A DNA stretch of 64,000 nt. It comes from Schmidtea polychroa (lineage: Eukaryota). Positions 38,035 to 50,839 of the stretch are shown piece by piece. The stretch lies in NCBI GenBank assembly GCA_044892525.1, contig CM097885.1, positions 234,920,001 to 234,984,000 on the forward strand, written 5' to 3'. The notes below the pieces were generated by a model. That model made no database searches, was not told where the DNA came from, and saw only the letters and a list, made by a program, of their open reading frames with translations. The stretch's first letter is position 1, and the number at the start of each line of letters is the position of its first letter. A program made the translations under genes and the position numbers.

Positions 38035-39327
38035 TCAAGAATCTCCCCTAACATTTTCGATTATTGAAATCTTTCCACCATATAATTTCATTTCTATTTT
38101 CTTTTCTTCTAATATTAATGTATATACTTTAGCTTTAAAATTAGAATCCTTTGTTACATGAAGTGTAACATCAACATTATTTATGGCTAGGCGATCATCT
38201 TGGTCTGAAACATTTATACAAAATATAGAATATAAATTTTTGAAATCTTCTAAACTTAATTGCGGTTCAACTTTGAAATCATAACATGTTTCAATATAAT
38301 TTAGATATGGGAATATGTTTTCATTATTTTCAATATTAAATTCCATTCTATTTATTGGATAATAAGAACTATTTAATTGAATTTGGATTGTTTTTAAATT
38401 ATCAACTCCAATCTTTTGAATAAACAAGTTGTTATTTTTTTGGAAAGATGAATCTACTTCTTTGAATCCAATCAAGATATATCTTGGTCGGTATGCTAAA
38501 TTTGCTACCTTTATAGAATATGTTGAACCCTCTGTCATACTAAATTCACTACAGATTCTATTTAAATAATTTACATTTATAGACTTGTTGGAATTTAATC
38601 TTTCAAGGAGTTTAATCTCAGAATGTGGGTTTAATGTCCATTCAGGTATATGTAATTCAAGTGTTGATAATTTTAATTTAGCTTTTGTATCTACAGCTCC
38701 ATAGAACAATCTTTTATCACCTTCTACTCTATTACAGATGAATTCTATAAAAACATTATGAAGTATACGATTATAGTTTTGAAGGAATCCAAACAAGTGT
38801 TTTAATTCAAAATAACCTTCAAATTTTTTAGATTTATAAAGTTCAGCTCTTTTATAGTAACCATGGTTTACATCTAAACCATCTTTATCTAAATCCCCTT
38901 TATTAACATCAGGAATCCAACCTGTTAATTCACCATATTCGTTTTTATAATCACAACCAGTCAAAATAAAATTTAACATTGTAGAATATACTCCCGGATG
39001 CAAAACAGTTTCAATTTCTGATGATCCTAGTTTTAATCTCATGTTGGAGAATAAATTTGGAAAGAAATTATTTTCTAGGGTTATATCTTTGTTTGCTTCA
39101 ATTTCTAATTCGATTTTATAATATAATTTGGCATTACAAATATCTATAGGGTTTGATGTTTGAAGAGATTGAAAAACTATATGACCCCTACGATTTAAGT
39201 TTGCAATAGATCCTGAAGTTGGGGAGATTTTAAGTACATCGTTTTTCTTGATTTCATGAGTAAATTCTTTATTATAATCAAGATTTAATTAATTTTTTTC
39301 TTGAATTTTAAGATTTATATTATTCAT
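38035..39327 (-). pseudogene. Major capsid protein (double jelly-roll) with a premature stop at codon 13
   Basis: Frame continues upstream of 39042 (TLENNFFPNLFS) to an ATG at 39327, with a single TAA at 39289-39291. L..LFGF, PRY...GF and LN...YP motifs. Confidence 0.82.
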
Positions 39328-39626
39328 TTTTATATATTAAAATTTACACACACACAATAGGATTAATTAAATATATTTTGTAAGCCATTATAGCGGAGTG
39401 GGAATAGGCTTCAATTTTATCACCGGGAGTACCGGGTTTAATTTTCGATTTTGGTCAATTTTTTTCGATATTTTTTTTCAACGGAATCTGATTCAGCGTA
39501 CTGATTATAGTATATATTTAAATTTTCAGATGGATCTGAGTGGTAGTTGTCGAGAAAATGAATAATTAATTATCAATTTCATCAATAAATAGTCACACAT
39601 TAACAACTTATTTTATATTGAGTATA

Positions 39627-39707
39627 GCTCTAATAGCTTAGTGGTAATAGCACTTGACTGCATTGCTAATACCAATGGGTTCAAATCCCATTTCGGTCAT
39701 TTTTTTT
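39627..39707 (+). ncRNA. tRNA-Cys(GCA)-derived Pol III gene inside the Polinton
   Basis: 73-nt unit: TAGCTTAGTGGTA A box, TTGACTGCA with GCA at positions 34-36, perfect T-arm ATGGG-TTCAAAT-CCCAT, then T8. Anticodon and acceptor stems are mispaired. Confidence 0.7.
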
Positions 39708-39867
39708 CAAATTTTTTTAACGAAATATTGATCAGCATACTCGATTTAGTACTTGTACAAATTTTTAAGGAGATTGGTCAACTGCAACTCTTGGAAATTT
39801 AAGATCAAAAACGTTTTAACTTAAGCTACCAAAAATTAATATATCCAATAAAAAAATATTTATAAAA

Positions 39868-40137
39868 ATGGATGAGTTAAAAGAAAGAATGAGAAATGAA
39901 TTGAATGAAGTTAAACATAAGAGAATGAAAAGAAGAGAAGAAGAACCATTAGAATACATCAAAGAGTTGATGGTAGATAATGAAAAGTATCGACATTTTT
40001 ATATGAAGGCTGTAGATGTTGCTGATATAAGATTGAAGAAAATGAAACAATTACAGGAAAGAGTTAAAGAACTTGAATCGATTATTTATAGTCTAAAAAA
40101 TGACAAAAATCCAATCCTAGATAGCGCAGTGGGCTAG
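39868..40137 (+). CDS. Small coiled-coil protein ending inside the right TIR
   Basis: 89-aa ORF with AAAATG start context and heptad pattern. Confidence 0.55.
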   Translation: MDELKERMRNELNEVKHKRMKRREEEPLEYIKELMVDNEKYRHFYMKAVDVADIRLKKMKQLQERVKELESIIYSLKNDKNPILDSAVG

Positions 40138-41082
40138 ACTGGCACAGTGGTTCAAATAGATAGCGGTTCAAATCCTAACTGTGGTTAGTTTTTTTTTCAA
40201 CATAAAATAATATTAAAAATTTGAAAATAATAGTGTGGGTATCTTAGATTTATATTTTATTTTATTTATTTTTATTTTATTTTATTTTATTTTATTTTAT
40301 TTTATTTTATTTATTTTATTTTATTTTATTTTTTAAACATAAATATGAAAAAAAAATTATTGAAACGGGTGATGGTGGCGAACCGGTAATTATCGCCACC
40401 TGTCTTTCGAACACCCCCGGATCGATCCCGGTAATGTGCACATTTATTTCTCAGTTGTTTTCGGACCTCTTTCGGATTCGCTTTCGAATTCATTTGTACT
40501 TTCGAGCATCACGCTTAAAACGCCGTTGAAATCGACTTCGTGAGCGAGAAGCGAATAATAAGGTGTGCTGCTATTATCGAATTGATTCTGATTATGAGTC
40601 TGGCCAGCTTGTATATTGGAAGAGATTTGATAAACGAAAGAGGTTGAATAAAAAAAAATGATCCGGATCAAAAAAACTGTTGAGGGGACAGTGAAAAAAA
40701 AAAAAAAATACCACTGTCCTCTCAGAGCAGTTTTACTATTTTCATAAAATTTTTTATTCTTCAAGACATCAAGATTAAGATTTCATTTATTTTTTTTAAT
40801 TAGCCAATTAGCAACTTGCTAGTTGGCATCCTCAAGTAGCCTTCTTACTTTTTCATAATACCATTTTCTTTTCTATTCTCTTTATGTTTTTAGTTTGAAG
40901 CTTTTGAGTTTGAGGCTTTAAAGATTAAAACAGTTAGAGTCATTAAGGGTGGTTGTTTTCAAAATATAGGGTTAAAATACTATAAAAGTATAAGTTTTAG
41001 GTTGTTTTTCTAATAGCTTAAGTGATTTGGAGGCATGTTTTGTTGGGAGGGCTGTTTTGGTTGGGTATATAACCACACTACT
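40095..41082 (-). repeat. Polinton right TIR
   Basis: Ends in the canonical ACTACT (41077-41082), followed by AGTATC. Confidence 0.92.
40115..40197 (+). ncRNA. tRNA-like Pol III unit in right TIR
   Basis: A box TAGCGCAGTGG 40122-40132, B box GGTTCAAATCC 40165-40175, T9 40189-40197. Confidence 0.55.
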
Positions 41083-42850
41083 AGTATCATTCAGTTTATG
41101 CAAGCATTGGATGATATAGCTACAGACATAGTTTATCCCTGGTATAAAATTAATGGATCAAAGGAAATGATGGAACTCACTTGGGAACAGCAGGAAGAAT
41201 TTACAAACCAAACTCATTGTTACCTTTGTAAAAAGATTATCATTAAACCTGTTCGAAATCGTGATCATTTTACTGGTCAATATTGGTTAGAAGAATCAAT
41301 TCGTCTTAACCTGTTGTACCAGATTGGAATTTAAATGTTATTCCTCAATCAACAGAAAGGTTTCTCACACTTACAGCGACATTGAAAGGCAGAAGAATGA
41401 GATTCATTGATTCTTTACAATTTTTAAAAAGCAGCTTGGCAAATTAATCAAAAAACTTGCCATGTCTTCCACTGACCTCAGATGTTTTCGAAGATGATGA
41501 CTTGTAAAACGATTTTTCCTTATGATATGACTACATCAATGGATGTTTTACAGTCAATAACAGAATTATCTCCAATTTGGGAGGGAGTTAGTCAAGAAGA
41601 TTACATACATGCAAATCGAATCTGGCAACAATACAACTGTGAGACACTGCTAGATTACATGCTAGTATATCTCAAGTTGGATGTTTTTCTGTTGGTCGAT
41701 GTTTTTTGAAGCTTTCAGAGAAAAAACATTTGACAAAGATGGACGTGAGGCTGTCGTTTGTTTCCATACCTGGATTAAGTTGAGCATCAGCTATTAAACA
41801 GTTACCTGAACCGATAGAACTTATTCAAGATCCAGAGCTTTACCGTTTATTTGAAGCTGGTATTCGTGGTGGAATGACATTTATCAACAAACACCATGTT
41901 GAAGCTGATGAATCAACACAAGTGTCATACGTAGATGTTAATAATTTATATGGATGGGCTCTGTCACAAAAACGTCCTGTTGGTGAGTTCAGATGGTTAC
42001 AAGATCAGACTGAAATGGATAGTATTATTAAAAGATGTGTGAATGGAGATGAGTTTGATGGAGATCGTGGATATGTTTTGGAGGTTGACATCGTCATTCC
42101 TGATAGTATACAAGATAAACTAGATGATTTACCTATAGCTCCTGAGCTTTATTATCCACTTGGTAGTAAAGTTGAAAAGTTGTTATTAACACACGAACCA
42201 AAGACCAATTATGTGATTAATCTCATTGCTGTTATACTCGATAAGGAAATTGTGTGTTTGGATAGACCAATGTATATTGACAAACCGTACTTGATTTATC
42301 CAAACTTCGCATGTACCAGTTTCAATATAAAAAACTACAGAGTTATAGAGAACAATTCAATTGTCAAATTAATATCGTAGCTGGTGATACAGATTCCTTC
42401 TTTTTTGTGTAAAAATGTGTATTTACGCTTACAACTGTATCCAAAAATGATTGCCGATGGGCTCCTAGATACTTGAAATTATCCAATGACCGATCCGTTG
42501 TTCTCTGATAAAATTTGTTCAGTAATCGAGAAAGTCAAGGATGAGAATAAAGGAAATCAATATAAAGAATGGATGCTCCTTCGACCCAAGTGCTACTCAC
42601 TTCTAGGCGATAAAGAAACTCTAAAAGCCAAAGGAATAAGTCTTAAAAATTCTAATATCACCCATGAAGCCTATAAAAAGTGTATACAGATGGTGGAACA
42701 GTGAGCATCCAACAAAAGAGAATAGGAAGTGTCAATCATCAGTTGTATACATTCATGGCAGAAAAACAAGCTCTAAAATGTTTGGGCGATAAAAGGTATT
42801 GGTTCAATTGTAATGAAAGCTATGCCTACGATCACTATAAGATTCGTCAA
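41083..42850 (+). pseudogene. Decayed pPolB of an older Polinton-like family (C-terminal part)
   Basis: CYLC..RDHFTGQY, RFIDSLQF, IFPYD, YLKLDVFLL, GIRGG, YVDVNNLYG, GDTDSF, LRPKCYS, KAKG, DKRY in broken frames. Confidence 0.9.
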
Positions 42851-42883
42851 ATGCATATCGCAACTGCTCCATCTACAAATGAA

Positions 42884-43043
<160 letters not shown>

Positions 43044-43529
43044 ATAATTTGACTTAGTTAATTAAAATGTGTTTTATCATTTAATTATTCATTTATCCAA
43101 TCATTTTAGCTAATTAGTTTTAAGTAGGAATTATTATTTTTCATGAAAAATATTTTTTTTTCTGAAAAATTATTGCCTATTTTATTTAAAATTAACAAAG
43201 CGTTATTTTATAATAATTCTAATAATTACTAATTAAAATTTTGTTCAAATTGAAATACTATTATTACAATTTACGCTCTTGTTAGAATATATTAAATGTA
43301 AAGGTAAAATAGTAATAATAGAAAAAATAAAATAATTAATTAAATAATTAATTAAAAATTAATTGAAAAAGTAAAAAAAAGTAATAATAATAATAAAATA
43401 TTAATAAATAAATATAATAATAATTAATTAAAGATAAACCAAAAAAATTAATTAAATAACGTAAATAATATAAATAAAATATTAATAAAATAATTAATTA
43501 ATTAAATGTAATAAATGTAATAAAAAATG

Positions 43530-46500
43530 TAATGATTGACCTATATTTGATCTGGACATATTTCATGACCTTGAACTTGAAAGTGTCCCGGAGTCCTTAC
43601 TACATACTACTTACTAATTCTACTTGTCTTTAAATGTTATTATTTTTATGTGTTGTTAGTTGTTTGTTGAAGGTACTTGGTTTCTAGTTAGTGGTATCTA
43701 GTTGATCTTGTTGTAAGTACTTGGTAGCTGGTTGTTGGTAGTTGGTTGTTAGTAATCAATTCAAAGAAGAAATCTTTTGTGAAAAAAAATTAGAATTCTT
43801 TATTTTATGTCTTTCGTTGTAATTTGAAATATTTAAATTATTTTACTTAATTTTCATTTCAATGTGGTATTTCTTTATTTTAAAGTGATTGAGTTGACAA
43901 TTATTCACATTTACCATTCATTCTTTGACGAAAGTCATCATTTTTGTTAAATTTAGACTATACATTTTACTTAATCAGAAAATGTTTTCATAACTACTGA
44001 TTATAATTAAATTAAAAACATTTTTGAATTCTAACACAAATAAAAAAAATTTATTTATTTAAAAAAACATTTGATAAAATAAACTGAAGAAATAACATTT
44101 TTAGCTGGTTCTATGTAACTAATTCTAAGTATCTGGTTGTAAGTACTTTGTTGTAGGTATCTAGTTGCTGAATTATTTTTATTACTATTACTATTATTGG
44201 TAAAACTTTGCATTTAAAATTATTTTTCAAAATTATTTCATAAAAATTTATTTATTATTTCATTTTAAAATTTCTCAGTGACTAATGATTTTTTCGAAAT
44301 ATCTTACAATAAATTTTAAATTTTAATTAATATCAAAATAAAAAAAATTAACAAAAAAATAAAATTATTATTCTTTTTATTTTTTATTACAAAAAATAAA
44401 CTTTATAAAAATAAACTAAAAATAATATTTCATAAATAAGTGTAATTATTTAAAGTACATGTTAATTAAGCGTATTTTTCTGCTGAGTGGGTTTTTTAAG
44501 TAAATCTTCATTACTAGAAATAAACTTATAAAATTCTTCACATGAATCGGAAAAATTGCACTTCACTTGCAGCATCGCTTTTAATGTATCCACGCTTAAT
44601 TGAGTTTTTTCAGTGGTCCAATACTTATTGACCACTGAAAATAGTCTTTCGGTGGTACCATTAGTGCCTGTAGCATTAGTACCAACTATTTTGTTAATAT
44701 TTTTGAACGGTATGAAAGTGATTTAATATTTCTAACCACCTTACATCGGTTGAAAGTTTTTCTTCATTCAAAGCATTTAGTTTTGCTGCATCAACATATT
44801 TTTTTACATATGATATCTCATCAAAAAGTTCTTTTTCTTCTTTATCAGCATGAAACATTTCCAATTTATGATTAAAATTTGAAATAAATTCAAAACTTTC
44901 TTCTACATTTTGCCAATTAACGACGATTTTTCGATTAATTCATTTAAGGCAATAATAATGTTCAAATTTTGATACGTGAACTTCTAAATATTGAATACAT
45001 TTTTTTATAGAAATTATTCGTATTGGATTTGAAGGAATTTTTTTGGACCAACCATTTTCTTCCAAATTTCTTAGCTGACTACGGACATTTAGAGGTAGAT
45101 ACTGCGTATCCATTATTTCTTTTAACTTCAATTTTAAATTGTCTATTTCCGTAAAAACTTCCATAATTGTAATTTTATCCCCTTCAATACTCTTAAGTGT
45201 ATTGTAAAATATTGCTGCCTGACTATGCGTAAAATATAACCACAATTCTGAGCAGTCTTCTTCGAAAATATGGTTTTAAGGGAGAATATAATTTTAAAAT
45301 TTATTCAATGGCGGGCATCATAGCCAATCACCTAGTCTTACTGTAGTGACTGTAAATTTTAATTATGATGCCTTCAATATCAATAATAAATCAATCAGTA
45401 AATAAGAAAATGAAGAATTTATTGATAATTATTAAGCTTTAAATTTTGTCGAAAAGTTCCTTTATTATTTTCATTATTAATCAACTTATTTATAAATCAA
45501 TATTTGAGTGAAATAAATAAAAAACAGTGTTTAACATTAAAAACAAACCGGAAACCTCTTTAAATTAAATTTTTTTATTAAATTTTTTTGTCTTGGCTTT
45601 TCCCAACATTTTTTGAGCGCATCTATTAAAATATATATAAATTAATCGAAAAATAGAATGGTTTGGGAAATCCAGGGGGGACATGTGCCCCACCATTGCC
45701 CATGATTGTGCATTAAATGTGCAGCACATCCTACACTAATAATTGGCTTCTGAATATGGTTCCTAAGTTTACTATATACATTATTTGTTCCTTTTCTAAG
45801 AAGGCCACCAAAGTTTGTATTTGCATTATCTGCGCAAACAGCCACAATTTTATTTTCTAAAAGACATTTCTTAAATATTTCTATAATATTTCTATAAGTT
45901 AACTATTATTTCCTAATTTTCATCTGGAAAAGATACAAAATCTAAAAGTTTAATTTGTTTACCTAGTTTGTAATCAAAAATACGAATTAATGACGGAAAT
46001 AATTTAGTTTCTTTATGATTTGACGCATCTGTAAATATTGTAATGAAATTAATATTTTCCAATATTTTTCCATAAGTTGCTGGATTGTATAAGTTACAAA
46101 TACATTTTTTATAATCGCTTCGGTTTTTGTGTGAGCGCAAGTAAACTATGGCTTGAATAATGTACGAATCAGTTTAGATGTACAGTCCATTGATCGGAAT
46201 GTTTGATTATGTATTATATAGTGATATGCAAAAACTGCTTCGGCGCTAGCTAATTCCTTTTCTTTTGAACCAAATTCAACTTTTCGAAAATAACCAATTA
46301 TTTTTGCTGAAGAAGCTGAAGCTAATAATGCTAGTTTATGTCTATCCGACGAAACATGTCTGGTTATATCATTTTAACCACCCAAGCCAATCGAGAAGTC
46401 GCTGTTACAAAATTGAAAATAGTGTTCACTATGATATGTTTTTTTATAAAAGAAAATTCCTTTTTCAACTCGTCAGTAAATGTACATTGGCGTTTCTTGG

Positions 46501-47305
46501 ACATAATTTTCTGGAATTTGAGATTAGTTTTTTTATTTATAATTTATATTAGAAGTAATATACATATTAAAAATTAATGAAAATATATATACAAACCTTT
46601 TTGCAGACACAATTATAAAGAAAATTTAAACTTTGCACTTTTGTTTGTTACACTTAAACATTTTAAACTGAAATACCAATTATAGAAATAGATTTTTTTA
46701 AAAATACTTGAGCAATGTGAATCAGTGGCGTAGCTAGAGTACTTGGCGCCCTGGGCTTACTATAAAAATTTTTTTGTGATATTAAAATAGACATATGTAA
46801 AAACGCCAAATATAAAATGCATATTAATAAATTCTAAAATAATATTTAAAAAAATATAAAATATAAAATATAAAAATATAACAAAACTAGAAAAAAACAG
46901 GAAAACAGAAAAATAAAATCCTTTTTTCATCGTTTATTTTAAAAAATTTTCAATGCTTGGCTATATTTATATATTTTATATATATTGCGTTCAATCCGGC
47001 GCCCAAAAAATTGTGGCGCCCGGGGCACCTGTCACCCCTCGCCCCCACCTCGCTACGCCACTGATGTGAATTCGCTAAAAGCTTATGACATACTTGAATT
47101 GAAACATTTGAATTTTTGAATTTAAATAATTTTTACCAGTTAAACCAAAGCAGTATTATTTAATTGGAAAAGTTACTTTACAAATAGATAGCAATAATAA
47201 GGTAAGATGTGCAATACGGGACACTTTACGCGACAATTTTCAATGCATGACATACGATTTATTTCCGTGAAAGTCATGCATAATCCGGGGCGTCTGGTCA
47301 CTTTA
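43530..47305 (-). mobile_element. Decayed hAT transposon with transposase pseudogene (~44470-46500)
   Basis: TDASNHK, CADNANTNFGG, GCAAHLMHN and ERLFS motifs on the minus strand; terminus TAAAGTGACCAGACGCCCCGG at 47305; left end degenerate and approximate. Confidence 0.75.
46723..47063. mobile_element. hAT-type MITE (341 bp)
   Basis: TIR CAGTGGCGTAGC/GCTACGCCACTG and 8-bp TSD ATGTGAAT on both sides. Confidence 0.93.
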
Positions 47306-50264
47306 TGGTAACAGCTTAGTTTAGGTGCTGATTTTTAAAGTGATTTCAAGTTTAAAATTAAGAGGTTTTGTACTTCTATATATGTGTTGGGCTAGAACTG
47401 ACTTCTAGACCCAAACTTGAATTGTGACTGAAAGGTGCAGGTACACAACATGCAAAAGCAAGACGTTTAGCTAAATATTAAAATTACATCAAATAAACAA
47501 TATTAACTAAAGGAGAAAGCAACAAAAACATAAACAAAGAAATTAAACAAAATTATACAAAAGCAAGAAGTGATGCAAAAATCTAACTCAAAAATAACCA
47601 AATAAACACAGAGTTACAAAAAACAGACTCGAATAACTTAAAAGACGATAAAAACAGTAAAACATTCCAGAAAAACCCAGAACATTCTATAAAAATGGCG
47701 ATGACCATCACAAAAGTTATCTAGAACAATAAAAGTTAGAGAAAATAAATAAATTAGTATTAAAAATAATAAATCTTTAAAAGAAATTCACAAAACATCA
47801 GTTAAAATAAAAATTAAATTAAAAATAAAATAGAATGTTCTGGAACCGTTCCAAATCCATCATGGACGTAAAATTAATGAAAAATAATTAAAAAATAAAA
47901 ATATAAAAATAAAAACAAAAATTATGGCACAAAAATCGCCATTAAAAATAGCAAAATCGTAAAATAGAAAATTCTGGAATAAAAAGAATTCGAGTTTGTT
48001 TTAATGCATCAATACATACACGTGTACTAAATAGGTATATATACTGACACGTTTCAGTCACAATCAATCACTTTTTTATGCCAAATTTTTGTGACGAAAT
48101 TTCCAAAATCGATAGTAAGCATTGATCTTTATTTGTATATTAATTGTTTAATTATATAGATGGTATTTTGAATTTATTTTTGCTTAAAATTTTTTGCGAT
48201 GTATGAGTGATCAACGGCGTACTGGTATTCCTGCGTCGTTGTTCGGTCCTGCATCCAATTTATTAAAATCGTTATTAACAGGACATGCAGACACGCATTA
48301 TCATTATTATAGTGATATTTATTATATGATTTCTTTTTGTTCGGGTCAGCCGGAGGTCGAACTACTTCATGGTCCTGCCATGGAGTTAGGTCGAGGAAAC
48401 CCTCCGCCTGACTCTTCGTATTTATTTAAGGTCAGCCGTAAATGGTTGACTTAGCACACAACACTAAGGTTTGTGGACGTGGTCACAGTGGGGCCATGGA
48501 AGCAATATTCTTCCCGACTCATTGCGTAATATACAATTAAACTCAACACTTAAAATCCTGAACAATAACTCTACACTAAGGTTCTAATTTGAGTAGAGCT
48601 CGTACCTAAAATTACACAATTCTACACTCACATTAATGTAGCTAGTTGATTCATAATGGTAATTTCAATTATACTTAGATATATGCCGAACTAGATTTTG
48701 TAGTAAGGATCTTTGATAAAGTAATAGAAATAAGAGAGATATTCGGCATACGTACAGGTATAACTTGATCTAGATATGCTGATTCCGAGTAAAGATAGAC
48801 ATTTTAAATCTAGTTCCCACTTTAAAATGTTTGTAAATGTGTAGGCTCTTAGTTGTAATACTCTTGTTGTTAACTATAAAACTATAAGTTATAAATAATT
48901 ACGATAGCTAGGTACAAATCACGTCGATCCTGAAAATGTAAATTGTTAATGGAGAAAGTCTGATCAGAGATAGTAGTAAACAATTTTTCGTATAAAAATC
49001 AACTTAGGATTGGTTACAGATAGGCGATAGACGCGCTAGAACCCTGAAGTTTAATCCACAAATAGGACCAGGAAATCTGTAAGTACTGCGGGAAAACAAT
49101 GTTGATCATAGAAAGGAAGTTGTAAGAAGTATATTCCGTCGACTAAAAATTTCAAATTATAAAGTATGAAAATACGAATTACAAAAGTATAAATTTTAGA
49201 TTATAAACTTATAAATTATAAGTTAAGCAATTATAACTTATAAAATATGAATGTATAAATTTCAAAATATGAAATTATAATTATAAATTACAAGATTGTA
49301 AATCCCTAAATTGAAAAATTTTAAATTATAAATCGAAAATTATCAAAGTATAAATTATAAAACATAAATTTATAATTTTAAAACATGGGATTATAAAATT
49401 ATAGTTATCATAATCCTGATCACTTCCCTTGTTATTACTATTAGCAGTATCAACATTATCATTACTATTAGTATTATTATTCTTATTCTTATTATTATTA
49501 TATTATTATTATCATTATTATGAATATCATAATTAGCATTATTATTATTATCATCATTATCAGTACCATTATAAAAATTTATTATTATTCTTGTTATTAT
49601 TATTATTAGTATTATTATTATTACCATTATTAAAATTTATTATTATTCTTATTATTATTACTATCATTGCTATTATTAATATTATTATTATCATTATTAT
49701 TATTATTATTGGCATCGTTATTTCATTGTTATTATTATTGGTATTATTACAGTTAACTACAAAAAATCGATATCCCAATCCGATATCGATCACCTGGAAA
49801 TTTAGAAATTAGCAAATTAAATAAATTACTTGTATGCAGAGCAAACCACTCATAACGAGCACAACCGAAGGAAAGGTAAGCAGACGAAGAGCTTAGTTCG
49901 TTGCTAGTACCTGTCGCCCCAGCGTGCCCGAATTTAGTGGCCTAAAAATGACGATCAAAAAAGAAAAAAATTCACATTTTATTAACATATAAATTAAAAT
50001 TTATAAATAGTAATTAAAATTACTACTCAGTGGTAAACAAAATTTTGAATGGAAATGATTAATTTAAACAAACGAATTTTGACGAAATTTTTTTTTTGTG
50101 TTTGTTTTGATAAAGTAGGAAATCTTATTCCACTACTCCTAAGCTTATAGATGTTAGTCTTAAAATAAAATATTTTTTTTTAAAGGGAAAAAGGGTCAAC
50201 AAAATCTTGTGGTTGACGTCGTATCTCAATCAGTATAGAGGGGCTTGATTATTATTTTGTAGAA

Positions 50265-50630
50265 ATGTCCTACTCTGACAGCGATAGCCACGAAGAAGCC
50301 GACCGACAGATGCTTACCAGACTCCGTACACGGTACATATGGCACCGTATCCATGATTGGAATCGGGGTTTGGACCTCGACAACTTTGGCCCAGTAATCA
50401 GGAGTGGGCCGGAGCCGGATGCTCCGGCGTGGGTAAAAACAGAGCCCACAAACGATTTTTTGCAAGAGGCCCGCGACCGAGCGGCCATCGAGGTAGAAGC
50501 AGCTCAGATGCGACTCAAGAAGATCGAGCTACAAATCCAAGCAGAAAAAGAGGGAAAAACCGTGGAGGACCTAGAAGAGGCCGAGGCAACCCCGCGGAAG
50601 AGGGGAAGGCCTCGCAAGCGACTGAACTGA
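50265..50630 (+). CDS. LTR-internal ORF1, 121 aa with C-terminal AT-hook (PRKRGRPRK)
   Basis: ATG ORF conserved with 4492-4848. Confidence 0.7.
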   Translation: MSYSDSDSHEEADRQMLTRLRTRYIWHRIHDWNRGLDLDNFGPVIRSGPEPDAPAWVKTEPTNDFLQEARDRAAIEVEAAQMRLKKIELQIQAEKEGKTVEDLEEAEATPRKRGRPRKRLN

Positions 50631-50839
50631 CTCATCGTCAAAATTTTGTTTTTGCAAATTATCATTCAGTTGTGACTTTATTAAACTTTGATTTTAGTGA
50701 TAATTATTTCAGTCCTTTTAATAAATCATCTTGTGTATTGCGTGCTTAACATCCGAAACTATGTTTATTTATAATATTGATTTTATTTTATGATTGAATG
50801 AATAGTATGCTGCAAGAATATAATCGTTGAATTTATCTA

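Larger units (their letters stand above)
25735..41082. mobile_element. Polinton/Maverick (adintovirus-like) element, ~15.3 kb
   Basis: Long TIRs, right terminus ACTACT, and pPolB, integrase, ATPase, protease, major and minor capsid genes. Confidence 0.96.

Noticed and set aside
39627..39699. Functional tRNA-Cys
   Set aside because: Anticodon and acceptor stems do not pair, so it is reported as tRNA-derived ncRNA instead.
40444..40764. 106-aa ORF in the right TIR
   Set aside because: The left TIR counterpart has indels near the start and no equivalent full ORF; no motifs.
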